Source: an uncultured Candidatus Peribacteria bacterium (GTDB taxonomy: Bacteria > Patescibacteriota > Gracilibacteria > Peribacterales > Peribacteraceae). From it: DNA of 64,000 nt. The position numbers were made by a program, and so were the translations under genes. Below are positions 1 through 7,734 of the stretch, piece by piece; within the stretch, counting starts at the first letter, position 1, and every line of letters begins with the position of its first letter. The DNA lies in contig CAZSMX010000003.1 of the NCBI GenBank assembly GCA_964608325.1, positions 12,371 to 76,370 of the forward strand, in the 5' to 3' direction. The notes below the pieces were generated by a model. That model was not told the DNA's origin. It was given only the letters and a program-made list of their open reading frames with translations, and ran no database searches.

Positions 1-141
1 TTTCTGGTTTGAAAATTCCTTCGTTTGGATTACGAAGATGTAATGCTTATGGCGGTACGTGATCGATGTTACCGCGGCATGCGCGGAGACGGGCAGGAGC
101 CACGTTAGAACGAAGCCGGCGAAAAACACGGTGCGTCGCAC
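1..141 (-). CDS. 5' end of a gene for an exported protein, running off the window (partial)
   Basis: GTG at 141, then VRRTVFFAGFVLTWLLPVSAHA|AVTSITY: basic n-region, hydrophobic core and an AxA-like cleavage site. Frame is open to position 1. Too short for the ORF track. Confidence 0.3.
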   Translation of the reverse strand, partial: MRRTVFFAGFVLTWLLPVSAHAAVTSITYRHKHYIFVIQTKEFSNQK

Positions 142-166
142 GGCCGCATTGTGAGGCCTCCGCTGC

Positions 167-832
167 TTAGTGCCAAGAGGATCGCTGATTTTGTTGGCGG
201 TAGGAGTCGCCCGGTGAGGATTTGTGCGAAGGCTCGTTGAAGAGGGAGGCCTGGGGGGTCGGGCGCGGGGCGTGGGGCGTGGGATCCGGCAGCTCGTCCA
301 GCGCCTTGTTCACCAGCGCGTCCGCGCGATGGTTGTCCCCGCGGGGGATATGCTCGAAGACGACGTCTGCCAGTTCCTGGCTCAGTTCCCGGATTTCGTC
401 CACGAACGGCTTCAGGGTGGCCATTTTCACCTGGTATTCGCCCCGCACCTGCTTCACCACGAGTTCGCTGTCCAGGTGGCAGATGAGGCGGTTGGGTTGG
501 TAGGCGAGGGCCATCTTCAATCCCTCGATGAGCGCGCGGTACTCGGCCACGTTGTTGGTCTCCACCCCGATGCGCTCGTAGAGTTGATCCAAGACCTCGC
601 CCTTCACGGGGTCTTCCAAGATAGCCGCGATGGCGGCTTGCCCGGGGTTGCCGCGCGATCCGCCGTCCGTGAACAGGTGCAGGACCCCTCCCACCGATTT
701 AGGAAGGTCATTCTCCGGGTTTGGTTCCCTGGTGAGTGCTTCCTCCAGAATCTGCGCCACGAATTTCTCCCGCTCGCGCAGCTTCGGAAACAATTCCGCG
801 AGTCGTCGTTCGAGGGTGGCGGGGAGGCGCAT
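167..832 (-). CDS. rnhA: Ribonuclease HI with extra N-terminal (~50 aa) and C-terminal (~40 aa) segments
   Basis: DGGSRGNPG, NNVAEYRALIEGL, DSELVVKQ and HIPRGDNHRADALVN fit the RNase HI D-E-D-D catalytic core. The ATG lies 6 nt downstream of a TATAAT box. Confidence 0.85.
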   Translation of the reverse strand: MRLPATLERRLAELFPKLREREKFVAQILEEALTREPNPENDLPKSVGGVLHLFTDGGSRGNPGQAAIAAILEDPVKGEVLDQLYERIGVETNNVAEYRALIEGLKMALAYQPNRLICHLDSELVVKQVRGEYQVKMATLKPFVDEIRELSQELADVVFEHIPRGDNHRADALVNKALDELPDPTPHAPRPTPQASLFNEPSHKSSPGDSYRQQNQRSSWH

Positions 833-838
833 GGGGTG

Positions 839-844
839 ATTATA
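839..844 (-). promoter_or_regulatory. -10 box TATAAT, 6 nt upstream of the rnhA ATG (leaderless-type arrangement)
   Basis: Minus strand reads CCCTAACCCTATAATCACCCCATG. Nearly the same string precedes the ATG at 6679. Confidence 0.5.
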
Positions 845-935
845 GGGTTAGGGTTGGGGTTGGGGCTAGGGATTAGAAAACCAGCTGCAAATATGCCCAT
901 AGGAAATAGGAAGTTCCTAACCCCAACCCTAACCC
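845..935. repeat. G-rich telomere-like inverted repeat filling the ctp-rnhA intergenic gap
   Basis: GGGTTAGGGTTGGGGTTGGG (845-864) matches the reverse complement of CCTAACCCCAACCCTAACCC (916-935) at 19 of 20 positions. The arms are about 51 nt apart. Five G3-4 runs lie in 845-873. Confidence 0.8.
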
Positions 936-936
936 T

Positions 937-2211
937 TTATTTTATCGCCCCGCTTCCCGTCGGCACGCTCACCTTGCCTTCCGTAAGGAGCTGGAGCGCG
1001 GCTTCCAGCTGCCTGTCCGCGTCCACCGGTGCGTTCTTCTCCTGCTGCACGGTCACGTCCGGCGATACTCCTTCCTTGCTGAGGTCCCGGCCCTTCGGCG
1101 TGTGCCACTTCGCGATGGTGACGCGCAGGCTGGACCCGCCCGGAAGGTCGATCACTTCTTGCACCGTGCCCTTGCCGAAGCTCTTCATGCCGATGATGGT
1201 CGCGCGCTTGTTGTCCTGCAGGGCCCCTGCCAGGATTTCCGAGGCGGAAGCCGAGCCTTCGTTGATAAGTACCACGAGGGGAATGGCGGGGAGGATGGTG
1301 TTGCCCGACACCTTCTGCACGTCCACGGGTTCGTCGCGGCGCACCACCGATACCACGTCGCCCTGCGCCATGAACATGGAGGCGATATCCACCGCGCCGT
1401 TCAGGTAGCCTCCGCCGTTGTAGCGCAGGTCGACGATGAGGCCTTTGATCTCGTCGGGCTTGATGCCGCGGAGGATGGAGTCCACTTCCTGCACGGTCTC
1501 GGATCCGAACTGGTGGACCGAGAGCAGTCCGATGCTGCCCGTGGCGGTCTCCTTCACTTCGTACTCCGTACTCGGCACGTGGATTTCCGCGCGCGTGATG
1601 GTGAAGAAGCGCGGTTCCTTGTCCCCGTCGCGGAATACCTCGATCTTCACGTTCGTTCCCTCTTTTCCGCGGATGCGGCTGACGACGGTGTTCAGGGGCT
1701 GCCCGAACACGTCCCAGTCGTCCACCGACAGGATAATGTCCTTCGGCAGCAATCCGGAGCGTTCGGCGGGGGAGCCTTTCACGATGCCCACGATGACGAT
1801 GTTTTCGTTGTTGACGGTCAGCTCCGCCCCGATGCCTTCCAGGTCGCCGTTCAGGGAATCGCGGAAGTCGACGTTCTCATCCGGCGTCATGAAGACGGTG
1901 TAGGGGTCGCCTGCGGAGGCCACCATCCCCCGTACCGCCCCGTAGACCATTTGCTGCGCGTTGAGTCCGGCCGTATCGATGTACTTGTCCAACAGGAGGT
2001 TCCACACGCCCCACAGGAGCCCGATGTTCACGTCTTTCTGCGGGTCCGTCACCGTCGCCCCGCTTTCCGTCGCGTTCACGTACAGGCTGTCCAGGCGCGT
2101 CTGCAGGTCGGTGACCTCTTTCTGCACGTAACGCATGCCAAGCTGCCACCCCAGGATAAGGGTGAAGAGCGGAAGGGCGATCAGGGGGAAAATACGGGAG
2201 AATTTGGACAT
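937..2211 (-). CDS. ctp: C-terminal processing (tail-specific) peptidase, family S41
   Basis: Track ORF 937..2298 trimmed to the ATG at 2211 (MSKFSRIFPLIALPLF anchor); the longer form starts at a TTG. PDZ-like GIVKGSPAERSGL. S41 motifs NGGGYLNGA and INEGSASASEILAGALQD. Confidence 0.85.
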   Translation of the reverse strand: MSKFSRIFPLIALPLFTLILGWQLGMRYVQKEVTDLQTRLDSLYVNATESGATVTDPQKDVNIGLLWGVWNLLLDKYIDTAGLNAQQMVYGAVRGMVASAGDPYTVFMTPDENVDFRDSLNGDLEGIGAELTVNNENIVIVGIVKGSPAERSGLLPKDIILSVDDWDVFGQPLNTVVSRIRGKEGTNVKIEVFRDGDKEPRFFTITRAEIHVPSTEYEVKETATGSIGLLSVHQFGSETVQEVDSILRGIKPDEIKGLIVDLRYNGGGYLNGAVDIASMFMAQGDVVSVVRRDEPVDVQKVSGNTILPAIPLVVLINEGSASASEILAGALQDNKRATIIGMKSFGKGTVQEVIDLPGGSSLRVTIAKWHTPKGRDLSKEGVSPDVTVQQEKNAPVDADRQLEAALQLLTEGKVSVPTGSGAIK

Positions 2212-2267
2212 GCGAATGCCAGGAAATTCGTTGGAGCGGGTCGGTCCGTGCGGTAGGCTTTCAGCAT

Positions 2268-2885
2268 ATGCCCGCCTCCAAGGCAACGCCAGTGGCAAAC
2301 GCGGAAAAAAACGGGGATCTTCTGATCCGCAAGGACATGCGCGTGTCCGACATCGTCGCGCTCCTTCCGGAAAGCGAGTCCCTTTTGGCCGAGTACGGCT
2401 TGAGTTGTTTCAGCTGCAGCGCGAATGCCTATGAAACGCTCGCAGAGGGCTGTGCCTCCCATGGGTTTTCGGACGAAGATATCAACGACCTCACGGCGGA
2501 CCTGAATATCCTGCTCTCGCAGCGTCCCGAACGCCCCCAAACGCTCACGGTCACCCAGGAAGCGGCGGAGCAGTTGAAGGCGATCCTGACGGAACAGGGA
2601 ACGCTCGCCAACGGGCTGACGGTGGGTTTGGATGAGAACGGAGGCTTTTGCATGGAGTCCGGTGAGAAACCCGCGGGCGCGAAGACATTCGCGAACGATG
2701 CCGTGCCCGATATGAAGATCCATGCGGCGGTCGTGACATTGAAGAGGATCGGCGGCGCGACGATCGATTTCCGCGAGGGGCGTTTCAAATTGGATCTTCC
2801 CGAGGATGCAAAGAAAAAAGCGTGCGCTTGCAAGGACGGGGGAGAGTGCGCGTGCGGCGGGGGAGGAGCGTGCGGCTGTGTATGA
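2268..2885 (+). CDS. Fusion protein: DUF1858-like redox-disulfide domain + HesB/IscA-like domain + Cys/Gly-rich tail
   Basis: N-terminal IRKDMRVSDIVALLPESESLLAEYGLSCFSCSANAYETLAEG. Middle LTVTQEAAEQLKAIL...GLTVGLDENGGFCME. C-terminal ACACKDGGECACGGGGACGCV. TAGGCT lies 8 nt upstream of the ATG. Confidence 0.7.
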   Translation: MPASKATPVANAEKNGDLLIRKDMRVSDIVALLPESESLLAEYGLSCFSCSANAYETLAEGCASHGFSDEDINDLTADLNILLSQRPERPQTLTVTQEAAEQLKAILTEQGTLANGLTVGLDENGGFCMESGEKPAGAKTFANDAVPDMKIHAAVVTLKRIGGATIDFREGRFKLDLPEDAKKKACACKDGGECACGGGGACGCV

Positions 2886-2936
2886 CAAAACCGCCTCGGA
2901 GAGAGGCGGTCGTGATTGCCCGGGGCAATCGATGGT

Positions 2937-3365
2937 TCAGTCCGTCTTGATGCGGATGATACGTTTTTTCTTGTGTACGCGTCCCACTTGGTAGACGAAT
3001 CCGATACTGCTGTACTTCGGATGCCGTTTGAATTCGTCGGCGGTAACGTACTTTTCATCCGTCCATCCGTCGTACGAGATCGTCAGCTTGCGGCTCACGT
3101 ACGGTCTCGTCTCCACCATTCCTCCATCCGATTGGGCGACGGCCGTCGCTTTTTGATACTCGCATTCGGCCTCGGTCACCGTACCATGCCCGTGGTAGAG
3201 GGTGCCGCCGCCGTAATTCACGAACTCCCAGAAGTAATGGAGCAGAACCAAAACGATGCAGACATGAATGCCGATGAAGATGATCCAGCCCAGGCATTGG
3301 GAGGGCGTCTCCATGGGGGTCAGGGCGTCGAACAGTTTTCCGTAGAACTCCTTGGCGTAGCGCAT
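2937..3365 (-). CDS. Hypothetical single-pass membrane protein
   Basis: 142-aa ORF with one hydrophobic span (CLGWIIFIGIHVCIVLVLL). SD-like AAGGAAG lies 5 nt upstream of the ATG. No family recognised. Confidence 0.5.
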   Translation of the reverse strand: MRYAKEFYGKLFDALTPMETPSQCLGWIIFIGIHVCIVLVLLHYFWEFVNYGGGTLYHGHGTVTEAECEYQKATAVAQSDGGMVETRPYVSRKLTISYDGWTDEKYVTADEFKRHPKYSSIGFVYQVGRVHKKKRIIRIKTD

Positions 3366-3444
3366 GTTGTCTTCCTTGCGTTGACGTGTGAAAGGATCGG
3401 TCTGAACATGTATATTTTGCTATACATATCTATTTTTATCAACC

Positions 3445-3475
3445 GTCAAAAAACGGGGCTGCATTGCCCCGTTTG
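3445..3475 (-). terminator. Rho-independent terminator downstream of ndk
   Basis: Minus strand reads AAACGGGGC-AATGCA-GCCCCGTTT followed by TTTTTG: a 9-bp stem, a 6-nt loop and a T-run. Confidence 0.65.
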
Positions 3476-3491
3476 ATTCATTGTAACGATA

Positions 3492-3926
3492 TCAGTAGCT
3501 GAACAGCTCCTCGCTCTTGAAGAAGCGGGCGATTTCCGCCTTGGCTGCCTCCTCGCTGTCGCTGGCATGGGCGATGTTCAGCATCTTCGATTCCGGTCCG
3601 CCCTTCGTTCCGAACTCGGCGCGGATCGTGCCGGGTGCGGCGAGCGCGCTGTCCGTCACGCCGAGCATGTCGCGGATCTTCGCGATGACGTCGTCACCCT
3701 CGAGTACGAGCGCGATGACCGGCGTCGAGCTCATGAACTTTTCCACGTCGGGGTAGAAGGGCTTTTCCGCGATGTGCGCATAGTGTTCGCGAAGCACCTC
3801 CGGGCTAAGGTTGATCATCTTGCAGCCGAGGATCTTGAGTCCCGCGTCTTCGAAGCGGGTGATGACCTTGCCGCACACTTTCTGGGAGACGGCGTCAGGC
3901 TTGAGGAGGATGAGGGTCTGTTGCAT
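3492..3926 (-). CDS. ndk: Nucleoside diphosphate kinase
   Basis: TLILLKPDAV, GTIRAEFG and NIAHASDS (catalytic His motif). Typical 144-aa length. Confidence 0.92.
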   Translation of the reverse strand: MQQTLILLKPDAVSQKVCGKVITRFEDAGLKILGCKMINLSPEVLREHYAHIAEKPFYPDVEKFMSSTPVIALVLEGDDVIAKIRDMLGVTDSALAAPGTIRAEFGTKGGPESKMLNIAHASDSEEAAKAEIARFFKSEELFSY

Positions 3927-3989
3927 GGGGGTGGGGAAAAGAAAATGAGGCCCTATCTTTCACGAAGAAGGGCGGAATGACAAGGGAAA

Positions 3990-4667
3990 TTAACGCAGGG
4001 GTTTCTTGGGCCGCAGGGGGCGGGTCACGGCGTTTTCCTCGTTCTCTTTGATGCGCGCGCGGACGGGGGCGAGTCTCTTATCCACCGCGGCCTTGCGCTG
4101 GATGATGTTACGCAGGCAGACGCGTTCGGCGTCTTGGTCCGATGCGAATTTCTCGTTGCACTGCTTCAGCAGCTCCTTCTCCTCCGCGGTGGTGAGCGAC
4201 GTGCTGCCCTTCGTATTCACTTCGCCTTTCTGTACGCGCACGATCGTTTGTTCGTCGAAGAACGCCTTGCGAACGTTGCGCACCTGCTCCTGGAAGTATT
4301 TTCGCTTCTCCTGCATCTGGTCGTTGAAGGCTTTCAGCGCAAGCGTGTATTCCTCGCTGATGCCGTCGCCATCATGTTCTTCCCTCCATTCCTTCACTTG
4401 ATTCTTGTACCACAAAGAGAAGTTGTACTCGATCGTGCGGATGCGCTTCAGGACGTCCGTGATGCAGCGTCCGATTTCCCTTCCTTCCTTGCCTTCGCAG
4501 CTGAGCGACGTGAGTTCGCGGGACAGGGATTCGATAGTCTCGGGTTCTTCCTCGGTCCATACTTCTTCGGCCATCGCTGCTTGGGCGAAGCCGAGTGACA
4601 GGGTTGCGAGTACCGAAGATGCGATGATGCGGGCGTTCATGAAAGGATGGGGTACGGAGGCCTCCAT
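3990..4667 (-). CDS. Hypothetical secreted protein (charged, probably helical)
   Basis: Signal-like MNARIIASSVLATLSLGFAQAAMA starts at the internal ATG at 4640, which may be the real start. The rest is Glu/Lys-rich. No family recognised. Confidence 0.5.
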   Translation of the reverse strand: MEASVPHPFMNARIIASSVLATLSLGFAQAAMAEEVWTEEEPETIESLSRELTSLSCEGKEGREIGRCITDVLKRIRTIEYNFSLWYKNQVKEWREEHDGDGISEEYTLALKAFNDQMQEKRKYFQEQVRNVRKAFFDEQTIVRVQKGEVNTKGSTSLTTAEEKELLKQCNEKFASDQDAERVCLRNIIQRKAAVDKRLAPVRARIKENEENAVTRPLRPKKPLR

Positions 4668-4706
4668 TGTGACAGGACGGCGTGCGGATGCAACGTTGAC
4701 GGAACG

Positions 4707-5075
4707 TCAGGCCATTGTCTGCGTTGCGATGCTTCCGGGTGATTCCGAGAGCGTCAGGGCAGGCGGGGTTTGGGCCGGGCTTGCCTTGGTTTCTGAAATT
4801 TCTTCGATGACGACGTCATGCAATCCGATTCTTTCGAACATGATGCGTATTTGCGCATGGCATCGTTCCCGGTTCTCGTCCCCCGGCATCGTCGTCGGGC
4901 GCGTCATGTCGAGCATCAGTCTCTTGTTTTCAATCCTCGTCCCCTCGATGCTTCCGGGAAAGACGCTGTGCGCTATTAGCTGAAAATTATCCAGGACGAC
5001 CGACGCGTCCCGTTCGCCTATATCGGCTTCCGCCGTGATCCTGGGGGTGTGCATGCCGTCAGTGTACACCTGCAT
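4707..5075 (-). CDS. Hypothetical protein
   Basis: Track ORF 4707..5159 trimmed to the ATG at 5075 (MQVYTDGMHTPRI), because the longer form overlaps the M16 gene end. Coding-like composition, no motif recognised. Confidence 0.4.
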   Translation of the reverse strand: MQVYTDGMHTPRITAEADIGERDASVVLDNFQLIAHSVFPGSIEGTRIENKRLMLDMTRPTTMPGDENRERCHAQIRIMFERIGLHDVVIEEISETKASPAQTPPALTLSESPGSIATQTMA

Positions 5076-5103
5076 CCGTGAAAGCAAGGGGTTCCCGTTT
5101 AGC

Positions 5104-6363
5104 TTAGCTGATGAGCGACAGCAGGCGCTCGCGGTCGTCGGCTTTGCCGATGACGACAAGCTTCATGTTCTCCTTCGTGAGGAGGCGCTTGGCCAGGGCA
5201 TCCACCTGCTCCTTCGTCACGGCGTCGACCATGGCGAAGTAATCGGGAATATCCTTGATCTTCGGATACAGGAGTTGCTGCTTGCCGTAGAAGTGCGCCC
5301 GCTCCTCGCTGTCCTCCAGGTTGAGCGTCACCTTTCCCTTGATGTAATCCTTCGCGCGCTGCAGCTCTTCTTCCGTGATGCCGTCCTTCGCGCAGACCAT
5401 GTACTCGTGCATGATCGCGGTGATCGCTTCGTCCAGCCTGGACTGGTCGATACCCGCGCGGGTCGAAAGCGCACCCGCATCCAGGTAGCTGTCGGAGTCG
5501 GTGGAGATGTAGTAGCACATGCCCTTCGCCTCGCGGATGTTCAGGAACATGCGGCTGCTCATGTTACCGCCCAGGATGACGGCCAGCAGCTTGTGCGCGA
5601 AGTGATCCTTGTCGAGCGATCCGGGGGCGGCGACGCCGAGCACGAGGTGCGCCTGTTCCGTCGCCTTGGTGCGCAGGAAGATTTTTTCGTCGTTGTACTT
5701 CCCGAACGGTTCGAAGCCACCCGTCTTCTTTCCTCCCAATGCGCCGAAGTACTGCTCCGCCAGCTTCATCGCCTGCTCTTCCGTGACGCGGCCGGCGAAG
5801 GCGATGACCGTGTTGTCCGCGGTGTAGAGCGCGTCCTTGTGCGCCTGGAAATCCGCCTGCGTGACACTCTTGATGACGCTCTCGAGTCCGATCGTATCCC
5901 ATCCCAGCGGGCAGTTGCCGAAGATGAGCTCTTCGAAATCCCAACCGGCGCGGTACATGGGGGTGTCCTGGTACATGCGTTCTTCTTCGATGATCACGCC
6001 GCGCTCCTTGTCGATTTCCTCGGGCGGGAAGGTTGCGTTCAGCAGCATGTCGCTGAGCACGTCGCAGGCCATCTCGGTCTGTTCCGCCGCGACCTTCACG
6101 TAGTAGCCCGCGTATTCCTTTCCGGTGAACGCGTTGAAGTCGCCGCCCACGCCGTCGATCGCCGCGCTCACCTCCTGCGTCGTTTTGTATTTCTTGCCTC
6201 CCTTGAAGAACATGTGTTCCAGGAAGTGGCTGATGCCGCGCTCGGCATTCTTCTCGTAGCGCGAACCCGCGCCGGCGAACACCATGACGGTCACCGATTC
6301 CGTGCCGGTCACGGGAGCCGTGAGGACGGGGAGGCCTGAAGGAAGTCTGTTGATGGTATACAT
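5104..6363 (-). CDS. M16 family zinc peptidase (insulinase/pitrilysin-like)
   Basis: Inverted zinc motif HFLEHMFFKG. Trimmed to the ATG at 6363 (MYTINRLPSGLPVL). About 420 aa, typical for M16B. Confidence 0.85.
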   Translation of the reverse strand: MYTINRLPSGLPVLTAPVTGTESVTVMVFAGAGSRYEKNAERGISHFLEHMFFKGGKKYKTTQEVSAAIDGVGGDFNAFTGKEYAGYYVKVAAEQTEMACDVLSDMLLNATFPPEEIDKERGVIIEEERMYQDTPMYRAGWDFEELIFGNCPLGWDTIGLESVIKSVTQADFQAHKDALYTADNTVIAFAGRVTEEQAMKLAEQYFGALGGKKTGGFEPFGKYNDEKIFLRTKATEQAHLVLGVAAPGSLDKDHFAHKLLAVILGGNMSSRMFLNIREAKGMCYYISTDSDSYLDAGALSTRAGIDQSRLDEAITAIMHEYMVCAKDGITEEELQRAKDYIKGKVTLNLEDSEERAHFYGKQQLLYPKIKDIPDYFAMVDAVTKEQVDALAKRLLTKENMKLVVIGKADDRERLLSLIS

Positions 6364-6388
6364 AGGGGTTGGGGGAGGGGTGACTCTA

Positions 6389-6679
6389 TCACTTCGGCCA
6401 GAACGTGAGAATGGCAAAGGCAGAGAATACGAGGATGGAGACGAGGGCAAGGACGGTCGCCAGCCCTGCGGATCGGCCGGATGTGCTTTGGACGCTGGTA
6501 TACAGGCTCAGTCCGCCGTACAGCAGTCCGCATGCCAAAAGCGGAAGCATAACCGATAGCATCCATTGCATCGTTCCGTCTGCCCAAATGCCGTTCCTGT
6601 GCAATACGTACGCCGCGAAGACCGAGCTTCCCAGGATGTAGAACAAAACGGCGGAGACCGTGTGGAAGTAGCGAAGCAT
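6389..6679 (-). CDS. Small membrane protein (3 hydrophobic spans)
   Basis: 96-aa ORF with three clear hydrophobic segments. The ATG is 6 nt downstream of TATAAT. Confidence 0.5.
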   Translation of the reverse strand: MLRYFHTVSAVLFYILGSSVFAAYVLHRNGIWADGTMQWMLSVMLPLLACGLLYGGLSLYTSVQSTSGRSAGLATVLALVSILVFSAFAILTFWPK

Positions 6680-6685
6680 AGGGTG

Positions 6686-6691
6686 ATTATA
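6686..6691 (-). promoter_or_regulatory. -10 box TATAAT, 6 nt upstream of the ATG at 6679
   Basis: Minus strand reads GGACCCTATAATCACCCTATG, near-identical to the rnhA upstream string. Confidence 0.5.
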
Positions 6692-6694
6692 GGG

Positions 6695-6725
6695 TCCCGC
6701 CTTCGCTAAAGCTACGGCGGGCAGG
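6695..6725. repeat. Short hairpin repeat, copy 1 (TCCCGCCTTCGCTAAAGCTACGGCGGGCAGG)
   Basis: Identical at 30 of 31 positions to the reverse complement of 16305-16335. A diverged copy sits at 11206-11237. Stem is CCCGCC/GGCGGG. Confidence 0.75.
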
Positions 6726-6798
6726 TAGGATTGGGGTTGGGGATATGGAATTTTTTATTACGAAAAAAGACCCAACCCTACCCCTCACCCAAACCCTA
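6724..6798. repeat. G-rich / C-rich imperfect inverted repeat (same flavour as 845-935)
   Basis: GGTAGGATTGGGGTTGGGGATATGG ... CCCAACCCTACCCCTCACCCAAACCCTAG, flanking an inner TTTTTTATTACGAAAAAA palindrome. Confidence 0.65.
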
Positions 6799-6800
6799 GT

Positions 6801-6956
6801 TTAGCGGGCCATTTTGCGAGCCCTCTTCTGCACCGTCAGGCGCTTGCGGCCCGTCGCGCGGCGGCGCGACAGCACTTTGCGTCCGTCAGCGGTGGCCATC
6901 CTGGAACGGAAGCCATGCTTGCGGAGACGCCGACGCCATTTGAGCTTTCCTAACAT
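6801..6956 (-). CDS. rpmH: 50S ribosomal protein L34
   Basis: Hand translation gives [51 protein letters not shown]. This carries the L34 signature HGFRxRMxTxxGRxVLxxRRxxGRKxLT. At 51 aa it is below the ORF-track cut-off. Confidence 0.88.
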   Translation of the reverse strand: MLGKLKWRRRLRKHGFRSRMATADGRKVLSRRRATGRKRLTVQKRARKMAR

Positions 6957-7054
6957 TGTGGGGGGAGCCTACAGATGGCCACGGAGGCCGTCAAGAATAT
7001 TATGCATGCCGGCCTTATTCGTAGGAAACGGGCGCATTGGGCATTTGGCCTTCA

Positions 7055-7531
7055 TTAATTGGCTTCAGCGTTGTTCTGAGGCGTGTTTTCAAGAGATGTT
7101 CCATTCATACGAAGGACCGCATCCATTCGTTCTTGGAGCCATTTGCGACTTTCGCCCTCCGCATCGAGTACTTTCCCGCTTCGCTGCAGTGCCGCTTGTT
7201 CCGTTGCTATTCTTTCCCATTGGCTCGCGATGATTCCTACTGCCAACTTTTGCGAATCATCCAAGGGTTTTTTTAGGATTGATATAATTGATCCCCATCC
7301 ATCCGATTGAATCACTGCGACATGCGCCATCAACTTTGCCCAATTCGCGTAAAATAAACCGTCTACATGCTTTCCAGCTTTCTCGCGCTCTTGGGCCATT
7401 TCGGAGAGATTCATTTGCCACGCTGGTAGAAGACGCATCTTTACTACCAATTCCGCGGCAATCGTAGCATCTGAACCGTTTTCGGCTATTCCCAATACAG
7501 TTCGATTGCCTCGAATTTCCACGTACGGCAT
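7055..7531 (-). CDS. Hypothetical protein in a lower-GC islet
   Basis: 158-aa ORF. GGAG lies 5 nt upstream of the ATG. The surrounding ~0.8 kb is visibly AT-richer than its flanks. No family recognised. Confidence 0.5.
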   Translation of the reverse strand: MPYVEIRGNRTVLGIAENGSDATIAAELVVKMRLLPAWQMNLSEMAQEREKAGKHVDGLFYANWAKLMAHVAVIQSDGWGSIISILKKPLDDSQKLAVGIIASQWERIATEQAALQRSGKVLDAEGESRKWLQERMDAVLRMNGTSLENTPQNNAEAN

Positions 7532-7552
7532 GGAATCTCCATGGTCCTTTCT

Positions 7553-7693
7553 TCATCGTGCTTCGGGATTCGTTGCCGCACTTAAGACCGCTTGGTATTT
7601 CTGCATTGCTTCAAATGATAGGCGCGCTGCTTCATTCAAAATTGAAGGAACAGATTCTGGAGCCGATGTATCAAGGACTCGTTCGATAGACAT
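7553..7693 (-). CDS. Small ORF (46 aa) immediately upstream of the 158-aa gene
   Basis: Hand translation gives MSIERVLDTSAPESVPSILNEAARLSFEAMQKYQAVLSAATNPEAR. The stop is 21 nt before the next ATG. The ATG abuts a palindrome and a TTGACA promoter. Confidence 0.3.
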   Translation of the reverse strand: MSIERVLDTSAPESVPSILNEAARLSFEAMQKYQAVLSAATNPEAR

Positions 7694-7734
7694 ATCAATA
7701 AATATATATTGATGTTTTAATTTAAAATTGTCAA
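7694..7734 (-). promoter_or_regulatory. Candidate sigma70-like promoter with an overlapping perfect palindrome (operator-like)
   Basis: Minus strand has TTGACA (7734-7729), an N17-18 spacer, then AATATA/TATATA. The palindrome ATCAATA-AATATA-TATTGAT (7694-7713) directly abuts the ATG at 7693. Confidence 0.45.

Noticed and set aside
845-876. Telomeric repeats (TTAGGG) implying a chromosome end or eukaryotic origin
   Set aside because: The motifs are internal, only a few units long, arranged as inverted repeats between ordinary bacterial genes, and recur at several intergenic sites.
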